This document shows, piece by piece, positions 22,833 to 33,456 of a DNA stretch of 64,000 nt. Below the pieces are notes generated by a model. That model was given only the letters and a program-made list of their open reading frames with translations, did no database searches and was not told the origin of the DNA. The DNA is taken from assembly GCA_013416795.1 (NCBI GenBank), contig RQSC01000002.1:286603-350602 (forward strand). The letters run 5' to 3'. How positions within the stretch are numbered: position 1 is the stretch's first letter; every line of letters starts with the position of its first letter. The position numbers and the translations under genes were made by a program. The stretch is from Prasinococcaceae sp. CCMP 1430. Lineage: Eukaryota; Plantae; Prasinodermophyta.

Positions 22833-24509
22833 TCACGCTTTTCTGACGCCCGCGCCGGTGCACACCACCTTCCACCCACCGCCGTCGAGAGCCTCGACCT
22901 CAAAGGAGCACGTGGGCAGCATCTGTTTGCACACATCCATGGCCGTGCGCATGTGCAGGGTGAGCTGGCCGCCGCGCTCATCGCCGTCTGCGCCCTCACC
23001 CACGCACAGGAGCTCGCTTTTGCCTTCCGCCAGCGCCATGAATATGACGAGCTGATCCTGCAGGTGCTCGTCTGCGTCGGCAAAGGCGCCCTTGCCTCCG
23101 AGGCTGCGAACCACGGCCGCTGCGCGTCTCGCGGCCTGCTCGCCCGCTGCCTTGGGATCGCCGCTCTTGAGGTCAATCACCTCCGCCGCGCCCGCCGCGC
23201 CAAAGCTCTCATGCCCGGCGCCCGCGATGCGCATGACCACGCTCACGCCACCGCCACCGCCGAGCACGCCGTCGCTCGCCGCGTCTGCAGCGTCCACGTG
23301 GCCGTCCACACAGTAATCTTCCCCGACAAGCTTTTCCAGCTCTGTGGTGGCGGCCGCGTGCGCGGTGTCGGCGAAGCCCTTGCCCGATGCAGCGCCCGCG
23401 TCGAAGGCGAACACCTCGAAGCCCATGGGTGCAGGCGGCGCACCTGCGCCGCGCGTGCGCAGCGGCGGCATCGCTGCGCCACGTGCCAGCGGCGCGACGT
23501 GTAGAACCAAGGTGCCTCCACCGCGTGGATAGAAGCCGCGCCGCCGCAGCTCAGCGCGCGCGCGCACGCCGAAGCGGTCCTGCAGCGTTGGTAACAGCAC
23601 GCGGCGCATGTAGTCCACAGGCGGCGCCATTGCCGCGTCCGTGCCGCCCACGAGCCGCGCGCGAAGCTCAATGCCCTCGCCCTCGCTCTCGCCCTCGCGC
23701 GCGGGAGCATCAGCATACAGTAGCACCGGCAACACCGCCTGCGCGAGCATGGTGACGCTGCCGGCAGTGCCAGTATCAGCAACGAGCTCACGGCGGCGGT
23801 CCACAGCCGCCTGCGCGTCACCTGGGAGAAGCGCGAGCGCCGTCGAGCCGACCTCACCGCCGGCCAGGGCGGCACCACACGCGCGTGCAATCAGCCGAAG
23901 ACCCTTAGGCGCCGCACGCCGCGCCAGTGCGGAGGAGTGCCGGTCAGGAGGTGGCTCGTGACTTGTGTACGCAAGTGGTAGACTAGGCTTCTTTGTTCGC
24001 GCACACGCGCGCATCGTTGCACGGCGCGGAGCGGCGCGTACCTCAAGATGCTGCGGACGCAGCCCAGGCCGTGAGCGCTTGGCACGCACGCCAGTGACCA
24101 CTAACGGCGTGCGTGTGATGGCCGCGAGCGCCGCAGACACGCGCAGCACCTGCCCGCCGCCCTCGCCTGCGGAGCCGTCAATGCGCACAACACCAGGGGC
24201 CGTTCCACCCGCCGCTGCTTGCAGCGCGAGCAGTGCGTGTTCGCACGGTTGTTGTTGTTTTTGCTGCCGCTGCTGCTGTTGTTGTTGCTGTTGCTGCTCC
24301 CGCGCGTCGCGTCCATACGATGCGAAGGCGCCGTGTTTGCGTTTCCATCCACCCTTACTGCTGTGGCCTCGGCCGCCGCCGCGGCCGCCGCCGCGACCGC
24401 CGCCGCTGCACCCGCCGCGGCCACCGTCACTGCCGCCGCCGCTGAGGCCGCATGCGAAGCACTCCCACGCAATCGCTGCGCGTGCAGGGTGCATGGCCGG
24501 CGACGCCAT
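22833..24509 (-). CDS. RTCA: RNA 3'-terminal phosphate cyclase (RtcA class) with RGG/polyQ N-terminal extension; intron 23904-24041
   Basis: IDGSAGEGGGQVLRVS, RSRPGLRPQHL, RRGFYPRGGG, DEHLQDQLVIFMALA (adenylated His present, unlike Rcl1). Confidence 0.92.
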   Translation of the reverse strand: MASPAMHPARAAIAWECFACGLSGGGSDGGRGGCSGGGRGGGRGGGRGHSSKGGWKRKHGAFASYGRDAREQQQQQQQQQRQQKQQQPCEHALLALQAAAGGTAPGVVRIDGSAGEGGGQVLRVSAALAAITRTPLVVTGVRAKRSRPGLRPQHLEVRAAPRRATMRACARTKKPSLPLAYTSHEPPPDRHSSALARRAAPKGLRLIARACGAALAGGEVGSTALALLPGDAQAAVDRRRELVADTGTAGSVTMLAQAVLPVLLYADAPAREGESEGEGIELRARLVGGTDAAMAPPVDYMRRVLLPTLQDRFGVRARAELRRRGFYPRGGGTLVLHVAPLARGAAMPPLRTRGAGAPPAPMGFEVFAFDAGAASGKGFADTAHAAATTELEKLVGEDYCVDGHVDAADAASDGVLGGGGGVSVVMRIAGAGHESFGAAGAAEVIDLKSGDPKAAGEQAARRAAAVVRSLGGKGAFADADEHLQDQLVIFMALAEGKSELLCVGEGADGDERGGQLTLHMRTAMDVCKQMLPTCSFEVEALDGGGWKVVCTGAGVRKA

Positions 24510-24736
24510 CGCGGCGTCGGCCGTTCGCGAGCGCCGCTGAGATCACGCCTGGCGGCGGCAGTAGTGCCGCAGGGCCGTCGGCAAGTGGTGGCGCGCGGCT
24601 GCGCGCGCAGTGGCGCGCGCACAGCAATTGCCTGACTTCGCAGGATGGTACAGCCAACATCATTCACAAAGTTTACAGAGGGCCCTCTGCATTCGGCAGA
24701 CGCGGGGGCGCTGTGCTCGCGCGCGCGGCGGGGGTC

Positions 24737-26850
24737 CTATGCCGGCGCTGCATCGGGCATCTCGTCGTCCAGCTCACCAATGCGGAGCGTGCCGTGCTGC
24801 TTGTCCCACTCGGCGTATCGCTCGAGCTCCTTCCCCTCCACGCTCGGGCGGATGCGGCGAAGCGTCTTGCGCACGTCTTCCGCGCGCAGGGCGCGGATGG
24901 ACGAAGGGTCGATCTGCTCACCGGTGGCCATCACACGGCGCTGCATCTCACGGATGGGCTCGAGGCTCGCGTCCTTGAGCACTGACTTGAGGTCGCTGCC
25001 CGAGTAGCCGTCGGTCTCCGCCACCAGCGCCTGCAGGTCAGACTCGGAGACGTCCGTGCCGCCGTGCTTGACCGTCTCGAGCGCGCGAAGGATCAGGTCG
25101 CGCCTGGCCTCCCCGTTGGGTAGCCCGACCATCAGTCGCTGCGGCATGCGTCGCCTGGCGGCTTCATCGAGGTCCTCGGGGCGGTTGGTGGCACCAATGA
25201 GGAGGGGCGAGCTCTCCCCGCTCGTGCCGAGCCCGTCCACGGCGGTGAGAAGCTCGGTCTTCATGCGGCGGCTGGCCTCGTGCTCGCTGTCGCCCCGAGC
25301 GCTGAGCACCGAGTCAATCTCATCGATGAAGACGACGGCTGGCATCATAAGCGCGGCCACCGCGAACAGAGCGCGCACCATCTTCTCGCCCTCCCCGATC
25401 CACTTTGAGGTCAGCGAGCTCGCCTGAATGGAGAAGAACGTCGCGCCCGCCTCGCCGGCGATGGCCTTGCCAATGAGCGTCTTGCCGGTGCCGGGCGGGC
25501 CAAAGAGCAGCAGGCCTCGCTGTGGACTGCGCAGACCGGTGAACAGCTCAGGGTGCTTCATTGGCCACACCAGTGACTCGTTGATGGAGCGCTTGACGTG
25601 CTCGAGCCCGCTCACCGAATCGAAGCGCACGCCGTTGTCCCGGCTCATGACCTCGCTGAGGACACGATCGAGCAGTGCCGGGTCCATCTGTTGCAGGCTC
25701 TCTGGCAGGCTGCCGTCCGGAAGGCCCAGCGCAGCGAGCACTCGGTCCATCGGGCCCTCCTCTTCGCCGCCACCCCCTGCGCCCTGCTGACCACCTGCAG
25801 CGCCGCCGCCGCCGCCGTAAGCCCCGCCTCCCCCGCCCCCCGTGCGTTGGTTGCCGCTGCGATTCCCGAGGACAGCGCGCGTGGCCGCCGCCTCAGCCTT
25901 TTGCATGCGCGGTCGTCTGCGGAAGCCGCCAGGGCCCTGCTGCTGGTCGTCAGCGTCATCGCCTGCCATTCGCGGGGGCTGGAAGCCACTGCGACCTTGG
26001 CGGTTGGACCCGCGGATAGGCCCAGGGCCGAAGACGTCCCTGTTGTCACCACCGCCGCCACCGTACCCGCCGCCCGGCGCACCGCCGTACCCTCCGCCTC
26101 CCTGCCCGCCGCGACGTTGCTGGTGCGGCTGCTGCTGCTGTCGGGGCAAGTAAGAAGCAGCACTGCGGAAGCCCGAGCGTGCCGGTGCGTCCTCCTCCTC
26201 GTCGTAGTCCCCCCCACCCCGCTGTGGTGGTTTCCACCCCCTCCCGCCCGCGGTCGCTCGGGGCTCCTGCGCAGGGCGCGCAGGTTCCGGAGCGTCGCGC
26301 TTGATGCCGCGCGAGGCCGGCGTGTAGTCCCAGTCGCTCGGCTGCTGAGGCCGCCGTTGCTGCTGCTCCTGCGAATGCTTCGGCAGCGGGGGCGCCACGG
26401 AGTGGTCCGTTCGCGGAGCTGCGGGCTGCTGCTTGTGCGGTCGTGCGTGTGGCTGCGCAGACGGCACAGGGGGAGCTGCCTTCGCGGGCACCGAATTCGG
26501 CGCATTCGAATGCGCTGTCGCCCTCGCAGCGAACCGCGGCGGCATCAGCGGCGCGGGCGCGTACTCGGCGTCGCGCATCCTCGCCCCCTTGGCGGCCGCG
26601 AGCACTGCCTCCGCCGAGGCATTGGTGGGGCAGGTGGAGAGCGCTGCCGCTGGGTGACCAAAGGACACCTGCTGCGGCGCCTCCGCGGGAGCCCCGGCTC
26701 GCGCGAACGCCAGCGCTGCGGCCGCATCGCCAGCCGCCGCGGCACCCTCCGCCGCTTTGGCCGCCGCCGCAAGCGCGGCGGCCGCGCCGCACGCCTCGCC
26801 TCGCGCGCCGCGCGCTCGTCCGTCGCCGCCCCGCCAACTCCGGCCATCGC
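24737..26850 (-). CDS. FIGL1: Fidgetin-like 1 AAA ATPase; start uncertain
   Basis: GLLLFGPPGTGKTLIGKAIAGEA, SSLTSKWIGEGEKMVRALF, FIDEIDS, HEASRRMKTE, GATNRP. Confidence 0.9.
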
Positions 26851-26947
26851 TTGCCCCCGGCCGGGGTGGGGGCGGGCGGGTGGGTGGGTGGGGGAGTGGG
26901 AGCCCCCGCTGTGTGGCACGGCACCTCCCCGCGCGCGCACCGCCTCT

Positions 26948-27127
26948 GCGCGAAATTCGCGCGCCTCCGCGGGCGCGCGCTCGACCCAGCCGCGGATCCC
27001 GCGAGCTGCGCGCGCGCGCGCGATCGGCGCGCGCTGCGCGCACAAATTTATGCTGCCGCGGATAGGATAGCGGAGGGAGATCGGTGCGCGCGTTCGGCCT
27101 TTTTTTGAGCATTGTCGGGGCGGGAAA
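26948..27127. promoter_or_regulatory. E2F-like site cluster in the FIGL1/SCC4 bidirectional promoter
   Basis: GCGCGAAATTCGCGC (two inverted sites, 26948-26962) and GCGGGAAA (27120-27127). Confidence 0.45.
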
Positions 27128-27325
27128 AGCGCAGTGGGCCGGAGAACCGGTGAGGGCGGGCGGACGCGCAGAGGCGCGGCGCCACAAGGCGCGGCGATCG
27201 CGCGCCCGCGCCGCGGCGACGGCACGCCCCTCCACCGCCCTCTCCGACATACGCGCGCCGCACGCGCCACCTGCCCTCCTCCCGAGACCCCAATCCATCC
27301 CCTTGGCCCCCGCCGCGCACGCGGC

Positions 27326-29155
27326 ATGGGCGCCGCGGGCGATTTCCCACCAACCTGCTGCCAGCGAGCACGCGGGCGGCGCTGCTCCGAGGGGCTCTAC
27401 CTCACGGCGCGGCAGCTCGCCGCGAGCGGCGAGAGCGTCGCCGCGCTGCAGTGCGTGGAGGCGGCCGTGCAGGGCGGATGCGCGGCGAGGCCCGTGGAAA
27501 TACGGTGCCGGGTCGCGGCGGCGGCACTGCTGCTTGAGCTCGAGTGCGACGCGGCGAAGCAGACGCGCGCCCACCTGGACAGGGCGCTCGTTCTGCTCGG
27601 GCAGGACGCTGCCAAGTTTGACGCGAACGGCCCCATCGAGGGAACCGCGAAGCTTGCCAATGCCGCACTCGCCTGCGAAGTGCATGCGCTTCTCGCTCGC
27701 GCCTTCGAGGCGCAGGGCAACGCCAGACAGGAGCGGCGGTCGCTCGCCAAGGGGCTCGGGATCGCGGCGAGGGGTGGCGAGGCGCTGGCGGGGCACGCCG
27801 ATTACTTCAGGGCGGAGCTCGCCAGGCTGATCGCCGAGGAGGGCGATGGGAGCGCCGCGCACGCCGCGTTCACAGAAGCAGCCGACGGTGCGAGCTCAGC
27901 CGAAGCCAAGGCGCACGCGGCGGCAGCCGCGGCTCACTGTGCGGTGCTCTCGGGTAACGCCACGCTGATGCGCGAATGGGTCGCCGCGAGCAGCGCCATG
28001 GACCCCGCGGCGTCGCCGACAGGCGCCTACGCGTGCGTCATACGCTGCCTCGCGCTCGTGGCTCTCGGCGAAACAGATCAGGCGGCCAAGGCGGTGGAAG
28101 TGCTACGCAAGTGCATCAACTCGCCGAGCGTGGCAATGGCGCTGGACAGGATGGGCCTCACGGCTGCGCCAGAGGCCAGCGAGGCTCTGTTGTGCGCTCT
28201 CGAGGCGTCCGTGGAGGCACCGCGTGGCACGCTCCCGGACGGGCACTCCGCATCCGCGCTTCTGACTGCCCGCGCTGCGGCGCAGCGCGCGATCAGCCTC
28301 TCGACTGGCGGCATCGGCGGGCTGTGCGGTCCGCCCGCACTGCGTGCGCTGCTCTGCCATGTGCTGGAGTCGCAGGCGCGCCTGAGCATCACGAGCATGC
28401 AATTCGCGAAAGCTCAGGCTGAGGTGCTGGAATTCAAAGCTTCGGTCGCGCAGCTGCCTGCTGGTTGGCGGCAGTGCTGGTGTGCTCCGCTCCAAGCGAT
28501 CTGCGGGCTGTACTTGCAGGCCACGGGATCGCACGCGGCGGCCGCCGCCGCGCTCGGCGCCGCGGCGGCTGCGAGCGAGAATGACACCGCAAGGAGGACG
28601 TACGCGTCGCTGTCAGCGCTAGCCCACCTTGCTGTCGGAGGGGATCAGGCAACACAGGCAGCGCGTGACGCCCTCGACCATGCGTGGGACGATGAAAGCT
28701 GCCCGCCGCCATGCCGTGCGGTGAGTCTGCTCGCCAATGCCGCCGTGAAGGCAGTCGCTGAGTCGAGCGCCCAAGCGGGGCGCGACGACGCCAAGGCCGC
28801 GCTCGCGCTGGCGCGCTCGCCGCTGCAGTCGCACCAGATCGCTGGGGCTGCCCTGCGAGCCCTGAGCGCAGCGGCTATCGCTGACGGCGACGCAGGGCAG
28901 GGACTGGAGCTGGCGGCCAACGCCCGGCAGCTCTGCCTTGGACAGAGCGACCTGCACAACACGGTGAACGCCGTGCGTGCCATGCAGGAGGCATACGTCC
29001 TTCGCCGCGACGACGCGGGCGAGCTGTCAGCCACGCGCTCCGAGAGTCGGCGGGATGCGGAGATCGACGCCGCCATCAAGATGGCAGAGGCAAACGCAAA
29101 TGATCACGGTGCCCTGTGTGACTGGAAGGCCGTCGCCGCTGCAGCTGAGGAGTGA
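27326..29155 (+). CDS. SCC4: Cohesin loader subunit SCC4/MAU2 (TPR-like)
   Basis: EGLYLTARQL...ALQCVEA...VEIRCRVAAAALLL...TRAHLDRALVLL parallels the plant SCC4 N-terminus; Ala-rich helical repeats follow. Confidence 0.75.
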   Translation: MGAAGDFPPTCCQRARGRRCSEGLYLTARQLAASGESVAALQCVEAAVQGGCAARPVEIRCRVAAAALLLELECDAAKQTRAHLDRALVLLGQDAAKFDANGPIEGTAKLANAALACEVHALLARAFEAQGNARQERRSLAKGLGIAARGGEALAGHADYFRAELARLIAEEGDGSAAHAAFTEAADGASSAEAKAHAAAAAAHCAVLSGNATLMREWVAASSAMDPAASPTGAYACVIRCLALVALGETDQAAKAVEVLRKCINSPSVAMALDRMGLTAAPEASEALLCALEASVEAPRGTLPDGHSASALLTARAAAQRAISLSTGGIGGLCGPPALRALLCHVLESQARLSITSMQFAKAQAEVLEFKASVAQLPAGWRQCWCAPLQAICGLYLQATGSHAAAAAALGAAAAASENDTARRTYASLSALAHLAVGGDQATQAARDALDHAWDDESCPPPCRAVSLLANAAVKAVAESSAQAGRDDAKAALALARSPLQSHQIAGAALRALSAAAIADGDAGQGLELAANARQLCLGQSDLHNTVNAVRAMQEAYVLRRDDAGELSATRSESRRDAEIDAAIKMAEANANDHGALCDWKAVAAAAEE

Positions 29156-29386
29156 TGTTCGACCTCAGCCGTCACCCAAGCTCTGAGAGCAGCGACGGCG
29201 GGGCCATCGCCGCGGGTGGCGTCATGGCCAGATGATTGGCGCGAGCGCGCGCGGCCGCAAACACGTATGCGCGCAGTGATGCGCAGGTGCGCACATTTTT
29301 GGGAGCGCAGCGCTCGAACTCGAAGCGACGCGTGCGATTTGTACAAAATATGTTGACATGACCTCGGCCACGCGCGCTTCGCTCGC

Positions 29387-30253
29387 TCACGCCTCGGAGA
29401 GCGTGGAGTCGAGCTTGTCCGCGATGTCGCGAAGCCACGCTTGGTCGAGCCGGCCGAAGCCGCGCTGCGTGTCGGTGCCCGCGACGAGCACACCCTCGTC
29501 GCCGAGCGGGTGCACGAGCACGCCTTGCAAGTTGGCCGGCAGATACGGAAAGAACTCGTCGCGGCCAGGGAAGAGGATGAGATTCGCAAGGAAGTTGCCG
29601 TTGCCAGTCTTCATCGCCTTCGCCACGAGAGGGCCGGTGATCTCCTCGGCGGGCACGCCGTCGACGGCCGCTGACAGTTCATCGGGGCTCTCGGCGGGGC
29701 CCGCACGCGAAGCGGGCGCGCGCACGCCGGCCTGCATGACACATCGCCCCCGGTAGAACACAGCCATGGACACGCACTTTGTCGCCGACGCCGAGGCGCG
29801 CCACGCCCACTCGAGCTCGCGCCGCGCAACGTCTGGCAAGTCGCTCGCGAAGGCCAGGCAGTCGTCGCCGCACGGCTCGACCGGCTCGGGCGTGCGCGCG
29901 GCAATGGCGCGCCACGATAGGCCCGTGAACACGAGCGACGCCGCGCACAGCAGGCAGAGCACGTCGGCGCGCGTCTGGCTTCCCTCTGCCGCGAGCGCGA
30001 GCAAGCGGCCCGCGTTGCCGCCCTCGGTGGGCACTGCCGGGTGCAGGAAGAGCGCGATCCGGTTCACAGCGAGCCCCGCGACGCCGATGATGCCCGTATA
30101 GAGCGGCAGCGCCCGCACCGCGTCGGCGCTCGTGACGAACACGTCGTCCTCCTCACTCCCAGGCGCGCCGGATCCACCGGGGGGCCATCGCCACCACCTG
30201 CACCGCCCGCGCCCTGCAGCTTGCTCTAGCTGCTGCACTTTGCTTTGCTGCAT
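29387..30253 (-). CDS. CCB4: CCB4, cytochrome b6f heme ci biogenesis factor; start uncertain
   Basis: LPLYTG...NR...SQTRAD...ELEWAW...FLANLILFPGRDEF...LQGVLVHPLG...DQAWL..IADKLD. Confidence 0.88.
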   Translation of the reverse strand: MQQSKVQQLEQAAGRGRCRWWRWPPGGSGAPGSEEDDVFVTSADAVRALPLYTGIIGVAGLAVNRIALFLHPAVPTEGGNAGRLLALAAEGSQTRADVLCLLCAASLVFTGLSWRAIAARTPEPVEPCGDDCLAFASDLPDVARRELEWAWRASASATKCVSMAVFYRGRCVMQAGVRAPASRAGPAESPDELSAAVDGVPAEEITGPLVAKAMKTGNGNFLANLILFPGRDEFFPYLPANLQGVLVHPLGDEGVLVAGTDTQRGFGRLDQAWLRDIADKLDSTLSEA

Positions 30254-30662
30254 CCCGGGGCTAGCTAGCTGGCCATGGCTGGTAGCGTTCTTGGCTTGGC
30301 TTCCGAGTAGCCTCGCGCGCACCGCCGCAGGGGGCGCTGCGCTCGTCGCGGGTAGCCGGGCGGGCGCGCTGCCGCGACCCTCGGAACCAGGCGAGGGCGG
30401 GCGACGCGGCACTGATGGCGGGGCGGCAGCCGTCCCTTCCCCACCGGGCGTTGCGCCCTGTGGGTGCGGCGGTGTAGCGTGCTGTGTTCGGTGGTGTGGG
30501 TGGTGCACCTCTAGGCCCTCATTTTACTGTCCGCCGCCCCCATCGCCGAGGGGGTCGCGTCGCGCTCGCGCGGATGCGCTCTCGCGCGCGCCCAGCGCTG
30601 CTTGCCGCAGCGTCGGCCCGGGCGGGGGCATGCAAGAGCGGGTGTCAAAGGCGGGGAGGCGC

Positions 30663-31388
30663 TCACGCGGTCGCGTCCTCCTTCTTCTGCGCAGCCTCCT
30701 GCTTCTCGGCCTCGCGCTCAGCCTTCTTCTTGGCCTCGCGCGCGAGGAACTCGGCCATGAGCTCCTTGGCGGCGGTGAGCTTGGACAGCAGGCCGCGGTA
30801 GATGTCGAGGTCCTTGTCGACCGCGCTCTTCTTGGCACCGAGCGCCTCGGTCAGTTTCTCCAGCGTGGAGGGCTCCGACGCGTTGCTCAGCTCCAGCAGC
30901 CTGAACATGCCCACCGCGAAGTACTTAGAGTACTGGAAGCCCTCGCCCGCAGCAGCACGCTCCGAGACGGCCTTGAGCGCGTCGGGCACGGCGCCGTTCT
31001 GCTCCTTGAAGCCCACCAGGCTCTCGGCGCTCTGCTCCTTGGCCCACGCCTCCAGGTCGGCGGCCGCCTTCTTGTACTCCTCGGGGTCCTCGTCCATCGA
31101 GCCCACGTACGCCGCGAACACCGCCGCGCGCGCCTCCTCGTTGCGGTAGCCGTCCATGAGCTGCTCGAACACCGTGATGAGGCCGAGCGCCATGACCGGG
31201 TCGAAGGTGTAGTTCTTCGCCCAGCGCGTGAAGTGCTGCTGCACAATCAGCTCCTGCAGCACGTTGTTGTAGAGCGCGGGGATGGTGTACGGGTACGCCT
31301 CGGTGAACTTGCGCTTGGTGTCGGCGACCGTCGGCGGCGCGAACACCTCGGCGCGCGCCGCGCACCGCCGCGCCGCCGGCCGGCGCGC
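30663..31388 (-). CDS. THF1: THF1/Psb29 thylakoid formation protein; 5' end in the gap
   Basis: PTVADTKRKF...IPALYNNVLQELIVQQH...FDPVMALG...YSKYFAVGMFRLLE...VDKDLDIYRGLLSKL. Confidence 0.95.
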   Translation of the reverse strand, partial: ARRPAARRCAARAEVFAPPTVADTKRKFTEAYPYTIPALYNNVLQELIVQQHFTRWAKNYTFDPVMALGLITVFEQLMDGYRNEEARAAVFAAYVGSMDEDPEEYKKAAADLEAWAKEQSAESLVGFKEQNGAVPDALKAVSERAAAGEGFQYSKYFAVGMFRLLELSNASEPSTLEKLTEALGAKKSAVDKDLDIYRGLLSKLTAAKELMAEFLAREAKKKAEREAEKQEAAQKKEDATA

Positions 31389-31726
31389 NNNNNNNNNNNN
31401 NNNNNNNNNNNNNNNNNNNNNNNNNNNNNNNNNNNNNNNNNNNNNNNNNNNNNNNNNNNNNNNNNNNNNNNNNNNNNNNNNNNNNNNNNNNNNNNNNNNN
31501 NNNNNNNNNNNNNNNNNNNNNNNNNNNNNNNNNNNNNNNNNNNNNNNNNNNNNNNNNNNNNNNNNNNNNNNNNNNNNNNNNNNNNNNNNNNNNNNNNNNN
31601 NNNNNNNNNNNNNNNNNNNNNNNNNNNNNNNNNNNNNNNNNNNNNNNNNNNNNNNNNNNNNNNNNNNNNNNNNNNNNNNNNNNNNNNNNNNNNNNNNNNN
31701 NNNNNNNNNNNNNNNNNNNNNNNNNN
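31389..31726. other. Assembly gap (N run)
   Basis: N run. Confidence 1.
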
Positions 31727-32051
31727 CCCGCGTGCGCGCGACGTGGCTGCGCCACGCGGCGCGCAGCCGGCGGCCCCGCCGCCGGAAGCGCAGACCCGGG
31801 GAAAGCGAAGGACGAACCCGGTCAAGGACAGAATGGAGAAGACTACCGGGTATACACCGGGGGTGTGACAGGAGCCCGACCGAGAGCGACGGCGCACGGC
31901 GCTTCGCAATGCATCGCTCGTGTGGTCACGCCCAAAGGGCACGACTCCAACTTTAAAAAAAAAAACGAAGGTGGGTGTCGTAAATAAAACGATGCGCGGA
32001 TTTATTTTTTGTGTGTGTGGTGTGTGCGCGCGTCTGTATGCCGTTCCCCCA

Positions 32052-32830
32052 ATGGCCACATTGAATGGTGATCGGTGTGCGTGTGAAGAAGGCCGAGCCG
32101 CCACCACGCATGCGAGCGCCCTCGCTCGGTCACGCACCGTCCATGCCGCTCGACGTCCTGGCTGGTGGTTGCAGGGGCTGCTGCGGTCACATTGGATGGT
32201 GATCGTGTGGAAAAACGTCCAGTAGCCGCCACGCCGACGCGCCCCCGGCCACGCGTCGTCCATGCCGCTCGACGTCCTGGCTGGTGGCCGCGGGGCCTGC
32301 TGCAGTTTGGAGCTGCTGCGGTCACATTGAATGGTGATCGTGTGGAAAAAGGTCCAGCAGCCGCCATGCCTATGCGTGCCCTCGGCCACGCGTCGTCCAT
32401 GCGCTCGACGTCCTGGCCCCCTGGCTGGTGGCTGCCGGGCCTGCTGCGGTCACATTGGATGGTGATCGTGCGGAAAAAGGTCCAGCAGCCGCCATGCCTA
32501 TGCGTGCCCTCGGCCACGCGTCGTCCATGCGCTCGACGTCCTGGCCCCCTGGCTGGTGGCTGCCGGGCCTGCTGCGGTCACATTGAATGGTGATCGTGTG
32601 GAGAAAGGTCCAGCCGCTGCCACGCCTGCGCGCTCTCCCGGCCACGTGTCGTCCATGCGCTTGACGTCCTTGGCTGGTGACCGCCAGGGGCTGCTGCGGT
32701 CACATTGGATGGTGATCGTGTGGACAAAAGTCCAGCCGCTGCCACGCCCACGTGTGCCCCCGGTCACGCGTCGTCGATGCCGTTCTATGCCATGACTGAT
32801 ACGCTCTGGCTGGTGGCTGCGGGGGCTGCT
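32052..32830. repeat. Minisatellite of six ~122-135 bp units plus a partial seventh
   Basis: Core GG(T/C)CACATTG(A/G)ATGGTGATCG at 32054, 32185, 32320, 32448, 32576 and 32698; units 3 and 4 are nearly identical. Confidence 0.95.
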
Positions 32831-33010
32831 GCGCGTTCGCGACTGTGCATACACCTGCGCTTGCGCTAGCGCTTGCGTAATCCGCCGGTGGTCTTGCATA
32901 ATCCGCCGGTGGTGCCCACCATTGGCCGGGGCTGCTCCGACTCGAGCGCCGCCCAGATCGCCGACACGTCCTTCTTCCCATCCATTGGGTCCGACGACCT
33001 TTATCCCTCG

Positions 33011-33042
<32 letters not shown>

Positions 33043-33230
33043 TAGACGAAGATGGAGGAGCACAAAAACACCAACACCAACACCACCAACCCTCCCCCTC
33101 CTGTTCCCGCCCGCGCCGCCGATTGTCTCGCGTTGGGACTTCCGGCGGTGCTTGCGCTCGCCCCTGTGCGTGCGCCTGCAGTACGAAACTTGCCGCTGCA
33201 GCTCCTGCAGTCCTGCTGCACACCAGCCTT
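32052..33230 (-). pseudogene. Degenerate partial duplicate of the C-terminal half of the 33457-35460 gene
   Basis: QALAQAQVYAQ vs [11 protein letters not shown]; shared TCGAGCGGCATGGACGACG; frameshifted. Confidence 0.5.
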
Positions 33231-33456
33231 GACTCCCATCGCCGGCGCCGCCATTGTATTGTGCGGCGCGTTTGGCTGCAGCTGCTGCAATACAACAATT
33301 GCTCCAATCGCTGCATTTGCTACAAAAAAATGTCGGCGGCAGCCGCCACTATGCCTGCAGTATGCGCGCGTCTCGCACCGGCGGAGGTGAGCGCCGAGTG
33401 TCGCGTAGCAACGAGGCTCGCACGACGCCGTGACGATGGCCTCCGCGCACATCGGC

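Noticed and set aside
24737-27862. 1041-aa FIGL1 ORF as given in the track
   Set aside because: Its first ~330 codons overlap the SCC4 sense strand and promoter; stop-poor GC-rich frame
32052-32830. CRISPR-like array
   Set aside because: The inter-core segments are homologous to each other rather than unique spacers, units exceed 120 bp, there are no cas genes, and the context is eukaryotic with introns
33011-33043. Homopolymer C/G runs (also 36285-36308 and 50294-50318) as G-quadruplex elements
   Set aside because: Simple homopolymers, one next to an assembly break; lengths are unreliable
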